A stretch of DNA of 64,000 nucleotides from a virus (lineage: Duplodnaviria > Heunggongvirae > Uroviricota > Caudoviricetes). The stretch lies in IMG/VR virus record IMGVR_UViG_3300033068_001916; one strand, written 5' to 3'. A program made the translations under genes and the position numbers. Shown here piece after piece: positions 1 through 8,985 of this stretch; position 1 is the first letter of the stretch, and each line of letters starts with the position of its first letter. The notes beneath the pieces are model-generated. The model saw nothing but the letters and a program-made list of their open reading frames with translations. It was not told where the DNA came from and did not search any database.

Positions 1-630
1 ACCAAGAATGGTTATTCGGAAGCTGCAGTTCACAAGATCCTCAAAGATCTAAAGATAGATGAACCTGTTCTAAACATATACAGATACGGTAGTCGAATCT
101 ACGGAACTGCTGATCAGAATTCGGATCACGATTACATCATAGTTACCAAGGGAGCAATGTTAAAGAGCGGTGCTTTTAAACAGAATGCCATCTCTAGCGA
201 AAATCGTAACATCCAAGGGATTCTTTATTCCAGAAGTGGATTTATAGATGCCATAAACAACTATGATATCAGTGCACTTGAATGTCTTTCGCTGAATCCG
301 GAAGATGTTGTTAAAAGCACTTGGCCTTTCAAGGTACAAAAGTGGGACAATAAGGTAATGACGAAAAAGATCATCTCCAAAGTTTCTGCTTCGTGGCACA
401 CTGCTGATATGCAGGCGAGAGACGGATTCAAGGATCGTGCAAAGAAGGGTATATTTCACGCACTGAGAATATTAAATTTTGCTTTGCAGTTGAAAGAAGC
501 TCAAAAGATAGAAGATTTTGGATGTGTTAATTATATCTGGGAGGATTTTAGATTGATCCCTGACGAAGAGTTCGACACAAGAGATTATATTGGTGAGAGA
601 GATGAATTGATGGAGCAATTAAGATCATGA
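1..630 (+). CDS. Pol-beta superfamily nucleotidyltransferase-domain protein (5' partial, continues upstream of window)
   Basis: Frame is open from base 1 through the listed ORF 157..630. Motif RYGSRIYGTADQNSDHDYIIV matches the minimal nucleotidyltransferase signature G[SG]-x9-13-DxD. Confidence 0.5.
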   Translation, partial: TKNGYSEAAVHKILKDLKIDEPVLNIYRYGSRIYGTADQNSDHDYIIVTKGAMLKSGAFKQNAISSENRNIQGILYSRSGFIDAINNYDISALECLSLNPEDVVKSTWPFKVQKWDNKVMTKKIISKVSASWHTADMQARDGFKDRAKKGIFHALRILNFALQLKEAQKIEDFGCVNYIWEDFRLIPDEEFDTRDYIGERDELMEQLRS

Positions 631-827
631 AATTAAAGGTAGGAGATAAAGTAAGGAAAAATCCAGAAACATGGATCGGAAGTGATTTTGATAGCTGGGG
701 AGCTGGCGTTGGAGTAGGTGAAGTTGTAGAACCACCATTCGAATTAGATGAAGGTGACGTTGATGTTAGATGGCCAGCAGGAAGATGCTTTCAAAGGGCC
801 AATGAACTTATAAAAGTTGAGGAATGA
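627..827 (+). CDS. hypothetical protein
   Basis: ORF with ATGA overlap to the upstream gene, in an operon-like + strand series. Confidence 0.4.
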   Translation: MKLKVGDKVRKNPETWIGSDFDSWGAGVGVGEVVEPPFELDEGDVDVRWPAGRCFQRANELIKVEE

Positions 828-1051
828 TAACAATAGACGAAAAGAAACTTAACCATTACTATCAGGAATACCTAAACCGTATCGCGGAGGATCCATCGGC
901 AAGCAAGAATTTAAAATATCTGGCTCCTGAAAATTGGTACAATACCGATCTAATATCGTGTGTATTTGCATCTATATTGGAAAGTAATTTTTCCGATATA
1001 GCAACTCTTAAAGAAGTTAAATTTGAAAATTTAAAAAATGAAAATAGCTGA
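824..1051 (+). CDS. hypothetical protein
   Basis: ORF with ATGA overlap, same orientation. Confidence 0.4.
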   Translation: MITIDEKKLNHYYQEYLNRIAEDPSASKNLKYLAPENWYNTDLISCVFASILESNFSDIATLKEVKFENLKNENS

Positions 1052-1883
1052 TTTTATATCAAAATCCATACAGGAATATCCATCACTATACAAGGATGCC
1101 GATTACGAAAAATCCAAAATGAAAGTTTTGGATCACATATTCTTTACAATAGGGAATGGAATGGAACTTGCAGAAACTGAGGTTCCTGGTGAAGGTGGAT
1201 ATGTGGTATCCCCCAAATATAAAAGAGATAAAATCAACGATGAGTGGTACAGGGTAAAAGATAAACCATACGGAAAGGAAAGATATAAAAAAATCCCCGA
1301 TACCTATTTTGATGATATTGTCTATTATGTTTATGCGGGTATACCAGCATTTGATGTGGTTGTTGTAGATAAGGATGGGTACGGTAAGAGTTCATACATC
1401 AGATATGATAAAAGAGTCAATAAGGAACACTCAGAACCTAGATTATATAAGGCTGAATCGAACCATCCATTTTCTCCATATCCATTTAGTAAAGAACACT
1501 CATTGGCATGCGAGGTGTTTTACAAAGGAGTATTCATTCAACCCGATTGGATGGAAGAGCTTATTAAGTTATGTGAAAGAACACAGATTTATTTCGCTAA
1601 CGAGGAGGAGTATTCAAACAACGTATACTATCCATCAGAAAGTAGAATAAAATCCGATCTTAGAGCATTTCAAAAAAGATATGAAGAATCGTCAGGGAAG
1701 GGAATTAAGGATCTTCGAAAAATATGGGGTTATCAAATAAATGAAACCGTTCCTGATTTTGAGGAGATTAGGAAGAGAAAGACCGAATCATGGGAGAAGT
1801 TTAGAAAATCACAAATTCAATTTCTAACCAAATTTATTAAGAAATTTAAAAAATCTGAAAATGAAAATAAAAGCAATTTATAA
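1038..1883 (+). CDS. hypothetical protein
   Basis: 281-aa ORF, overlaps neighbours in phage style. Confidence 0.55.
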   Translation: MKIADFISKSIQEYPSLYKDADYEKSKMKVLDHIFFTIGNGMELAETEVPGEGGYVVSPKYKRDKINDEWYRVKDKPYGKERYKKIPDTYFDDIVYYVYAGIPAFDVVVVDKDGYGKSSYIRYDKRVNKEHSEPRLYKAESNHPFSPYPFSKEHSLACEVFYKGVFIQPDWMEELIKLCERTQIYFANEEEYSNNVYYPSESRIKSDLRAFQKRYEESSGKGIKDLRKIWGYQINETVPDFEEIRKRKTESWEKFRKSQIQFLTKFIKKFKKSENENKSNL

Positions 1884-2112
1884 AAGAAATCTGAAGATGC
1901 CTGAAGGTAAGGTGGCTTCGCAGGTTGCACATGCTGTTAAGAATCTCGGTATTACACCTATAGATTCCATCATAGTTGTTCTTTGTGTTTCTGATAAGAA
2001 ATTCGAAGAGCTTGTTGCGGAGCATCCGAATTGTTATGTTCAAACTGATATGGGTTTAACTTGTGTTGAAAGTGGTACAAGAACTGCTGCAGCATGGATA
2101 GAAGAGGAATAA
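1861..2112 (+). CDS. peptidyl-tRNA hydrolase PTH2-like (short)
   Basis: KMPEGKVASQVAHAV and TDMGLTCVESGTRTAAAW resemble the PTH2 motifs GKGKIAAQCSHA and D.G.T..pG..TvlaiGP. Confidence 0.5.
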   Translation: MKIKAIYKRNLKMPEGKVASQVAHAVKNLGITPIDSIIVVLCVSDKKFEELVAEHPNCYVQTDMGLTCVESGTRTAAAWIEEE

Positions 2113-2558
2113 TGGTAAATAAGGTCAATATAAACAACAGAAAAGCAAAGTTTGATTACGAGTTCATCAGAACTTTAGTAGCAGGTATGCAATTACTTGG
2201 ATCTGAGGTAAAGGCTATCCGTGACGGCAGAGTCTCTTTTGTTGACTCGTACTGTTACTTCAATGGTAAGGAACTTTTTCTAAAGAACCTAAATATAACT
2301 CCAATATCCTCGACATATTCACATGAGCCAAATAGAGAGAGAAGATTGCTACTTAATAAGAGCGAGCTTAGAAAGCTACAGAATGAAATGGATAGAGGAA
2401 TGACAATAGTTCCATTCCGTATTTTTACCAATGAGAAAGGTTTAATCAAATTGGATATTGCTCTTGCCAGAGGTAAAAGAAGCTATGATAAGAAGGAAAA
2501 AATAAAAGAGGCAGACATAAAAAGAGATACAAAAAGGACAATTGCTGGTGATATATAG
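2094..2558 (+). CDS. smpB: SsrA-binding protein SmpB
   Basis: 154 aa. The N-terminal half aligns to E. coli SmpB along its length: KAKFDYEFI with GSEVKAIRDG and DSY; NITPI; EPNRERRLLLNKSELRKL versus DPTRTRKLLLNQRELDSL. Confidence 0.85.
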   Translation: MDRRGIMVNKVNINNRKAKFDYEFIRTLVAGMQLLGSEVKAIRDGRVSFVDSYCYFNGKELFLKNLNITPISSTYSHEPNRERRLLLNKSELRKLQNEMDRGMTIVPFRIFTNEKGLIKLDIALARGKRSYDKKEKIKEADIKRDTKRTIAGDI

Positions 2559-3612
2559 GTATAAAAATATACCCTATATGAGACACGATAAAAGATATTT
2601 GATTAACTACCTAATAGAGAATTATAGCAAAAAAAGTAAATCTGAGATAACCGATGAACTTGGAATTTCTTGGTCATACATTCAAAAAATAGCGTCATTA
2701 AACGGTATAAAAAGAGGATTTTGTGAAAATAAAAACGGTGGTAAATACTCGATATTAACAAAATATGACGACGTAAAAAGTTGTTATTGGTTGGGATTTA
2801 TGTTAGCTGACGGTAATATAAGCAAAAAAAATAATATGATGCTAAATTTGGGAATAAAGGATAAAGATCATATACTCAAAATAGAAAATCATATTGGAAA
2901 AACTAGTGTATATTGCCAAAATGACAATATAGTAAGAGTTGTTTTAAATGACTCTGTGACATTTAAAAAAATAGCATCTGATTTTGACTGGAAACCAAAT
3001 AAAACAAAGAATCCACCAGTCTTATGTGAATCAATGCCTCATGATTCCATATTTTCAATGGCCGTCGGATTTATTGATGGTGATGGGTGCATTGATGAAA
3101 GATATGGTCTTAGTGTTAAATGTGATGGGTCATGGCAGGATATACTTAATTATTTTTATTTGATATTAACTGGTGATCATAAAAAATATGAAATTAACAA
3201 CAATGGATATTCGGTATTTCGTATAAATAGTATGATAAAGTTAAAAGAAATAAAGAAAAAAATTATGGCTCTTGATATTCCAGCGATGGATAGAAAGTGG
3301 AATAAAATAGATATTAATAGAATATACAAATCGGAGAAAGAATCCATCATCTCCGAGATGCTAAATAACGGGGATCCTATGGAATTAATATTGGAAAAAA
3401 CTGGATTCAGTAAAACCTTATATTATTCAGTAGCAAATAAGAATGGTGTAAATATAAGAAAAAATAAAATATCCGATGAACAATATCTATCAATAATAAC
3501 AATGTATAATAGCGGTACAAAGCCATCAGAAATATCAAGATCCCTTATATTAAGTGCATCGACAATACATAGACAAATTAAAAAATACAAGGACACTAAA
3601 AGAAGCATATAA
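2542..3612 (+). mobile_element. free-standing LAGLIDADG homing endonuclease gene (two LAGLIDADG motifs with N- and C-terminal HTH domains)
   Basis: Motifs WLGFMLADGNI and AVGFIDGDGCI. HTH-like segments are ITDELGISWSYIQKIA and PSEISRSLILSASTIHRQI. The ORF overlaps the smpB 3' end by 17 nt. Confidence 0.8.
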
Positions 3613-4061
3613 TGGAAAGAATTGAAATGAGGGATAAGTCACACAGATCCCCTAAAAAGATCCAAACGAAACCTACTAGTGAGCAGAAGGAGGAAAGATC
3701 TGATTATGATGAAACCCCAAATAAAAATTCAGCCGCAGAGTCTCTGGATGATGGATATTTAGTGGTCATGGTTAGCTATTTAGAAAATAACGCTCAGATG
3801 GGAATCAGTCACGTGGAAGCAACAATAAGAAGAATAGACGAAGACGAATTCAGAGAGGAGATAGCCAAATGCAGAGGAAGCAAACCTGCAACTTTCTTAG
3901 TCATTAATAAATACTCTCCAATAAACAGAGAAAGTAGATCCACTGGAAATATCAGTATCGGTCATCTCCCAGGATCGTCAGAATGGTCTTTGGGTGTTCC
4001 TGGCTCTTCCGGAACCTCGGGAGCTGATGGAGTCCAATTTAAAGACCCTTTCGCATGGTAA
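3612..4061 (+). CDS. hypothetical protein; the C-terminus ends in a short GSSGTSGADG collagen-like tract
   Basis: 149-aa ORF. The C-terminal GSSGTSGADG resembles the start of the repeats in the 60-kb collagen-like gene. Confidence 0.5.
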   Translation: MERIEMRDKSHRSPKKIQTKPTSEQKEERSDYDETPNKNSAAESLDDGYLVVMVSYLENNAQMGISHVEATIRRIDEDEFREEIAKCRGSKPATFLVINKYSPINRESRSTGNISIGHLPGSSEWSLGVPGSSGTSGADGVQFKDPFAW

Positions 4062-4330
4062 GAGCTATGGTGATTATGATTTTAGTCCCAATATTATGTA
4101 TATTACTTATTGAAGCGCTCCATACGAAGCCAAATCGATATGTTGGTACAGTAATAAAGGTAAGCAGTTGGGATGGAGCAGCAAGCTTAAAAACAAAGAA
4201 TAAACATGGAGATGATACCATCATAACGGTTCATCCCAGAAGACTTGAAAGATTCACGGAAGGTCAGATAATCACAGTATGGACCGGAGGAGATCTAGTT
4301 GGAGGAATAGGATCAACAGAACCACAATAA
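4055..4330 (+). CDS. small membrane protein
   Basis: Hydrophobic N-terminus MVRAMVIMILVPILCILLI. Confidence 0.45.
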   Translation: MVRAMVIMILVPILCILLIEALHTKPNRYVGTVIKVSSWDGAASLKTKNKHGDDTIITVHPRRLERFTEGQIITVWTGGDLVGGIGSTEPQ

Positions 4331-4338
4331 TATAATAA

Positions 4339-4506
4339 AATGACAGTAAGAGATTTAATTAAAATATTAGAAAAAATCGATGGCGATAAGATGGTCATCA
4401 TGACCGATCCTGATGGGATAGGGTGGACCAACGTAGGTGATATTGTCGAGGAACAATGTCAGGTGAAAATAATGGAGGATGGTGATGGACTATTCCATGA
4501 TAGCTA
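4339..4506 (+). CDS. hypothetical small protein
   Basis: Unlisted 55-codon ORF that fills an intergenic gap. Confidence 0.3.
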
Positions 4507-4724
4507 ATATGAAGTACTATTTTATAACATATCAGGCAACAAATAACGAGGGTTCCGTATCAAAATGGAATCAGGTTATTGACATCTCACCAATGGAGTT
4601 TATAAAGAAGGTTGAATCTGCAGAGGATGGTGCAACACCATACAGAAAATACAGATCATTCGTTGTTATAAACACATGCGAAATATCTGTGGAAGATTAT
4701 AATAAATTCGAAGACAAATTTTAA
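4479..4724 (+). CDS. hypothetical protein
   Basis: ORF. Confidence 0.45.
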   Translation: MVMDYSMIANMKYYFITYQATNNEGSVSKWNQVIDISPMEFIKKVESAEDGATPYRKYRSFVVINTCEISVEDYNKFEDKF

Positions 4725-4734
4725 AAATTGGAAT

Positions 4735-5211
4735 ATGAGCTGGGTAGAAGACATAAAGAAAATAGCTATAGAAACATTTGTGATGGACAAGGAGTCAATT
4801 CACGGTATACATCACTGGGAAGAGGTTTATGAAAATGGCATGATGCTTGCAAATCAACCAGGTGTTGATTCTTTAGTGGTTAAACTCTTTGCATATCTTC
4901 ATGATTGTAAAAGAGAGGATGACCATCAGGATCCGGAACATGGGGACAGAGCAGCTGATTTTGTCGTTTGGCTCAGAAATTCTGGTAAACTATTCTTTCT
5001 AACTGAAACACAATATAAGCAGCTTTGGATGGCTTGTCTTCAACATCATAAGGGTGTTGTTGAAACGGAGGACATCACAATAGGGGCATGTTTCGACGCA
5101 GATAGAATAGAACTTATAAGATGTGGGATAACCCCAAGGGAGGATCTGATGAGCACACCTATGGGGATTAGGATTGCTAAAAAAATGAATGAATTAAAAA
5201 CAGGACATTAA
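4735..5211 (+). CDS. HD-domain phosphohydrolase
   Basis: HGIHHWEEV ... LHDCKRED ... HGDRAADF gives the H..HD...D pattern of HD hydrolases. Confidence 0.5.
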   Translation: MSWVEDIKKIAIETFVMDKESIHGIHHWEEVYENGMMLANQPGVDSLVVKLFAYLHDCKREDDHQDPEHGDRAADFVVWLRNSGKLFFLTETQYKQLWMACLQHHKGVVETEDITIGACFDADRIELIRCGITPREDLMSTPMGIRIAKKMNELKTGH

Positions 5212-5447
5212 TGGCAAAATTATATGATGGTGTGGAAATCGCAGCTAAGAAAGGCAGAAAAACAACAGGCAGCAGAAATGCGGGAAACCGTCTTTTTGAT
5301 TCTTTGGATATGGCTATCGTCAAACATGATGAGGTCATTCACAATGCTCAAATCAAGAGGGGTGAAATAGAGAAGGGCAAGCAACATATGATATACCAAT
5401 GTGGGTGTGGTAGTAGTGGTTGTTGTATTCATATTGAGGTTAAATAA
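5211..5447 (+). CDS. hypothetical protein
   Basis: ORF with ATGA overlap. Confidence 0.4.
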   Translation: MAKLYDGVEIAAKKGRKTTGSRNAGNRLFDSLDMAIVKHDEVIHNAQIKRGEIEKGKQHMIYQCGCGSSGCCIHIEVK

Positions 5448-5460
5448 AACATAAATATAT

Positions 5461-5491
5461 TTTTTTATCAAGTGAGAATTTTGTATATTTG
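5461..5491 (+). promoter_or_regulatory. conserved phage promoter (upstream T-run, then -7 box TATATTTG)
   Basis: TATATTTG at 5484-5491, 20 nt before ATG 5511. Confidence 0.5.
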
Positions 5492-5510
5492 CATATTAAA
5501 TTAATATATC

Positions 5511-5828
5511 ATGGCAAAGTATTTAGGTGAAGTTGAAGTTAGCATGGATGATCCAAATAATCCATATTCAAAATTCACAACCAAGGACTGGATGTTTGAA
5601 TTTATAGAAAGATACGGATCAATAGACGGTTCACATCACAAGGATTGGGTAATGAACCAATGCACCAAAATCTATCACGGAACACCAGTTATAGTGAAAT
5701 TGGCATCATGGGATAATGGTGAAAGTGAATATAGAATAACGCTTGCTGAGGACTCAGATGATTATAAAAAATACGTCGAGATGACCGAGGAAGCTGGGTA
5801 CTCTATAGAGGAAGGGATTGCACCATAA
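5511..5828 (+). CDS. hypothetical protein
   Basis: ORF downstream of the conserved promoter. Confidence 0.55.
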   Translation: MAKYLGEVEVSMDDPNNPYSKFTTKDWMFEFIERYGSIDGSHHKDWVMNQCTKIYHGTPVIVKLASWDNGESEYRITLAEDSDDYKKYVEMTEEAGYSIEEGIAP

Positions 5829-5865
5829 TATTTCGTCACCACTAATTAAAATTAATAAATTAATT

Positions 5866-5896
5866 TTTTTTATATCGGAATAATTTTATACATTTG
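5866..5896 (+). promoter_or_regulatory. conserved phage promoter
   Basis: tttttttatatcggaa ... TACATTTG at 5889-5896. Confidence 0.5.
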
Positions 5897-5916
5897 CGAT
5901 ATAAAAATAAAAGACC

Positions 5917-6501
5917 ATGGATTTGACAAACTACGTAGACTGGTGCATAGCACAACACGATAACACCAACCACATGTATGACAAATATTTGCCATATTCA
6001 TTTCATCTAAGAATGGTTGATAGAGCAGCACAGCAATTTGAACATCTCCTGGATGACACAAAAGACATGCAAACCGGAAAATCTAGGGAGATTCTAGACG
6101 GAAGCAGATTGGGATTCGTTTCTCTTAGAATGGCTTGCAGAAAGGCTGGATGGGGTCACGATACAATAGAGGATACAAGAACATCCTATAATGATGCAGT
6201 TAATCATCTAGGAAAGGATGCAGCTGATATCGTTTATGCTGTTACTAACGAGAAAGGTAAAAATCGTGCAGAAAGAGCCAATGACAAATACTATGCTGGG
6301 ATAGTAGCAACGCCTGGAGCAGTTTTTGTTAAACTTTGTGACAGAATAGCTAATGTTCAATATGGTAAAATGACAGGTAGCGGTATGTATGATAAGTACA
6401 AAAAGGAGAACCCAAATTTCATTACTAAACTTGGTGGTGATGATAAGAACCACGAGTTAGCTCCAATGTTCGAATATTTAATCGATCTATTTAAAGATTA
6501 A
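5917..6501 (+). CDS. SpoT/RelA-type HD-domain (p)ppGpp hydrolase-like (Mesh1-like small alarmone hydrolase)
   Basis: GWGHDTIEDTRTSYNDAVNHLGKDAADIVYAVTNEKGKNRAER matches the RelA/SpoT HD block LLHDvvEDT...FG..va.lV.gVTK. Confidence 0.6.
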   Translation: MDLTNYVDWCIAQHDNTNHMYDKYLPYSFHLRMVDRAAQQFEHLLDDTKDMQTGKSREILDGSRLGFVSLRMACRKAGWGHDTIEDTRTSYNDAVNHLGKDAADIVYAVTNEKGKNRAERANDKYYAGIVATPGAVFVKLCDRIANVQYGKMTGSGMYDKYKKENPNFITKLGGDDKNHELAPMFEYLIDLFKD

Positions 6502-6503
6502 TC

Positions 6504-7397
6504 ATGATAAACAATTCAAATAAATTAGAGATCTTCGAGAATTTTATAGCTTTACCTAAAAAAGTAAAAGATTCACCTAGCGCTATCAATATTTCACCAG
6601 TAACAGTTGGCGGAGCTAGCTTTCTTAATGCGATGGCTAGAGATGCTGATAATCACGATAACTTCCTTAGAGATTCTATAGAGGTCCGTGCTGTTGACTA
6701 TCTACATTACATCCATATGCACGAGCACACATTTAAAAGTTGGCTCAAGCTGAAAGCTGCAGAAATTCTATTTCCAAACAAGAAGGTTAAAAAAATAAGA
6801 TATCAATCAGTAGATGAATTCTTTAATGATGTTAAGAATTCAATCAAAACGCTGGAGGTAAATCCAGGTTCTGTTGAGTTTTATACTAATGCAATAGAAA
6901 CTGCAAAGGAAAATGGACAGATAGCATTTTTAGAAATACTACGAGATAAGAAGGACGGGGTTCTTGCCGAAGCTAAGCTTCTAGAGGTTGGTGAGATTAA
7001 ATATGTTACCGAGGAAGATGTTGTTAAGTTTTATAAAAAAGCAAATCTTGGAAACAAGATGCTAAAGCTCACCTGGATGAAAAACTACGCTAGAATGATA
7101 CCTGAAGAGGTCATAGCGGAAAAGAAAAAGTATGATGCATCAGAATTATTTGATAATTATGTTATTTTACATTTCGATAAGCATGACAACTCAACCAAGA
7201 TGACAAAAGCGGAGGTAGAGAAAGCTAAGGATCCAATACTATTTGGAGTTCTCAAGGGGACTAGAAATTTATACTTTATAGGTGACTGGATTGATGAATA
7301 TTGCGATCTAACACTGGACAAATTTCTGTCTACACTCGAGATGGAGGAGGCAAGAAAGCTATCCGAAGATTCCATGAAAGAGGGATTAAAAATGTAA
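6504..7397 (+). CDS. hypothetical protein
   Basis: 297-aa ORF. Confidence 0.55.
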   Translation: MINNSNKLEIFENFIALPKKVKDSPSAINISPVTVGGASFLNAMARDADNHDNFLRDSIEVRAVDYLHYIHMHEHTFKSWLKLKAAEILFPNKKVKKIRYQSVDEFFNDVKNSIKTLEVNPGSVEFYTNAIETAKENGQIAFLEILRDKKDGVLAEAKLLEVGEIKYVTEEDVVKFYKKANLGNKMLKLTWMKNYARMIPEEVIAEKKKYDASELFDNYVILHFDKHDNSTKMTKAEVEKAKDPILFGVLKGTRNLYFIGDWIDEYCDLTLDKFLSTLEMEEARKLSEDSMKEGLKM

Positions 7398-7416
7398 TTT
7401 TTTTCATCATTTATTT

Positions 7417-7445
7417 TTTTATTCCGAAAGGATTTCATATATTTG
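7417..7445 (+). promoter_or_regulatory. conserved phage promoter
   Basis: tttttttattccgaaag ... TATATTTG at 7438-7445. Confidence 0.55.
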
Positions 7446-7464
7446 CAATGTAATTAATAAGAGA

Positions 7465-7716
7465 ATGACAAGGGAAGAAAAAATACAAAAACGTAAATCT
7501 AGAGCTAACAATCGCAGATCTAAAAGAAACGCAAAGTATTTTAATAAGATCAGGATTGCTAGAGATATAGGATTTGGTGTTCCCTTGCATGCAGTTGATA
7601 AAGATGGTATGGTTACTGGATCTTGGCCGGATCCAGATTCGCCAACAGGATATACACAAAAATGCTCTTATGATGCATGGGGTACATGTCAAAGCCCATG
7701 CAACGGAGATTGTTAA
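7465..7716 (+). CDS. hypothetical basic Cys-rich protein
   Basis: ORF downstream of the conserved promoter. Confidence 0.5.
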   Translation: MTREEKIQKRKSRANNRRSKRNAKYFNKIRIARDIGFGVPLHAVDKDGMVTGSWPDPDSPTGYTQKCSYDAWGTCQSPCNGDC

Positions 7717-7720
7717 AAAT

Positions 7721-7779
7721 TGGGAGGTAGCTCAGTTGGTTAGAGCTCATTTTCGAAGGTTCGAGTCCTTCCCTCCCAA
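7721..7779 (+). ncRNA. 59-nt tRNA-like minihelix that lacks an anticodon arm
   Basis: TGGGAGG-TA-GCTC-AGTTGGTTA-GAGC-tcattttc-GAAGG-TTCGAGT-CCTTC-CCTCCCA-A. The 7-bp acceptor, canonical D arm and T arm are perfect, but only 8 nt lie between the D and T arms. Confidence 0.6.
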
Positions 7780-7980
7780 CTAAGCCAGTTTTTATGATGC
7801 ATCTCTATCGACAGAGAACCTTGTTTTAGATTTAATAAATAAGGTTAATGTGGTCGGGTAGTTTAAAAGTTTCCTAACCTTAAGGAAAAGTAAGGATGGT
7901 TTTGCAGAAGACAGTTTCCTCGCCTAGTGGAAAAGTCAGTATAAGAAGGGATACCGGTCGGCTTTAACCGGTTCCCAACA

Positions 7981-8104
7981 GGGGGAATAGGCCAGCGGTG
8001 TGGCGCGTCTCTAGCTTACATCATAGATATAATCTATGACGTCTTTCCACTAAGACGAAGTTTAGATGATTCAAGTGGCACGGGTTCGATTCCCGTTTCC
8101 CCCA
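7981..8104 (+). ncRNA. tRNA-like element with a ~90-nt structured insert
   Basis: Acceptor GGGGGAA/TTCCCCC, T arm ACGGG-TTCGATT-CCCGT, D-arm-like GGCC..GGCG. The insert contains the hairpins ATAGAT-ATAA-ATCTAT and CGTCTT-TCCACTA-AAGACG. Confidence 0.5.
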
Positions 8105-8351
8105 CTAACCGCGTCACTGTAAGATGCAGTGATAACTGGACACGAAATAAGGTGGTTCCGCGGATCACCAATAAAATCGTTCGAGGCAGAGTCCAAGTCC
8201 AGGGTTAGGATAAAGCTATTCGCTATTGAGCATACCATCCGATGGGTCAGCGAATTAACCATTGGAGACGCGTGGGGTATACTGACGTTGGTCTAACATA
8301 AATCCCCAACTGTAGATACGTACTAAGGGCTGTAAGGAAATTCTACAAAAA

Positions 8352-8504
8352 GGTTTGGTGGCAGAGTGGCTTAATGCGTCGGTCTCGTCCAATATGATCG
8401 GTTAAGAGTGAACTCCTTAATCTTTTGCTCATGGACCAAAACGGATGGCCCGTTTCGAGAAGCAAATATCGAAGGGCCCGCAGGTTCGAATCCTGCCCAA
8501 ACCA
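8352..8504 (+). ncRNA. tRNA-like element (153 nt) with a long insert
   Basis: Acceptor GGTTTGG/CCAAACC, T arm GCAGG-TTCGAAT-CCTGC, discriminator A. Confidence 0.5.
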
Positions 8505-8591
8505 CAAAACAAGTAAAACGCAAACGCACGGGCCCTAGATGCATAAGGTGAAGCGCACCCCGTATACTGGATGACCTCTGTTTTTTTTAAC

Positions 8592-8712
8592 GGCCAAATG
8601 GCGAAATTGGAAGACGCAGTGGCAAGTGAGTAATAGAGTAAGCGTAAAATAGCACTGCTCCCCATTTCGGGTCACAACCGCTAGATTACAGGTTCGATCC
8701 CTGTTTTGATCG
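8592..8712 (+). ncRNA. tRNA-like element (121 nt) with a class-II D arm and an insert
   Basis: GGCCAAA-TG-GCG-AAATTGGAAGA-CGC ... ACAGG-TTCGATC-CCTGT-TTTGATC. One acceptor mismatch. Confidence 0.45.
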
Positions 8713-8917
8713 CAAAATGAAATATGTTCTTTGTGGTGAATGAACAGAATTTTATAGAATAGACGCATTGGTGATAGTTAGGTAAGGAGAGAACTGCAGT
8801 GGGCTGCTGCACTACACCTCAAGAAAAATCGAAAGATAAAACAACCAATTTAGATAGGAGAACTAAGCTATTCTATAAAATTTAAAAAAACAATTTTAAA
8901 ATAATTGTTATTGTTAT

Positions 8918-8965
8918 TTTTTTAATCCGAATTATTACCATATATTTGTGTAATAATTCGGATTT
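8918..8965 (+). promoter_or_regulatory. conserved promoter embedded in a 15-bp perfect inverted repeat
   Basis: aatccgaattattac-CATATATTTGTG-gtaataattcggatt, then a T-run; -7 box at 8941-8948. Confidence 0.5.
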
Positions 8966-8985
8966 TTTCATTTAAACAAAAACAT

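Noticed and set aside
6504-7397. Possible RNA ligase (KKDG resembles nucleotidyltransferase motif I, KxDG)
   Set aside because: The match is a single tetrapeptide. No motifs III, IV or V could be recognised, so it is left as hypothetical.
7981-8104. Possible tmRNA partner for the phage SmpB (GGGGG...CCCCCA termini with T arm)
   Set aside because: At 124 nt it is far too short for a tmRNA. It has no tag-peptide reading frame ending in ...AA-stop and no pseudoknot-sized body. The third acceptor pair is G-C, not the G-U needed for Ala charging. No tmRNA-like tag ORF was seen anywhere in the window.
8071-8768. Short minus-strand ORFs (8071-8262, 8429-8665, 8535-8768) in the first ncRNA region
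   Set aside because: They overlap the structured tRNA-like elements on the opposite strand. They are 63-78 aa with no motif, so they are treated as noise.
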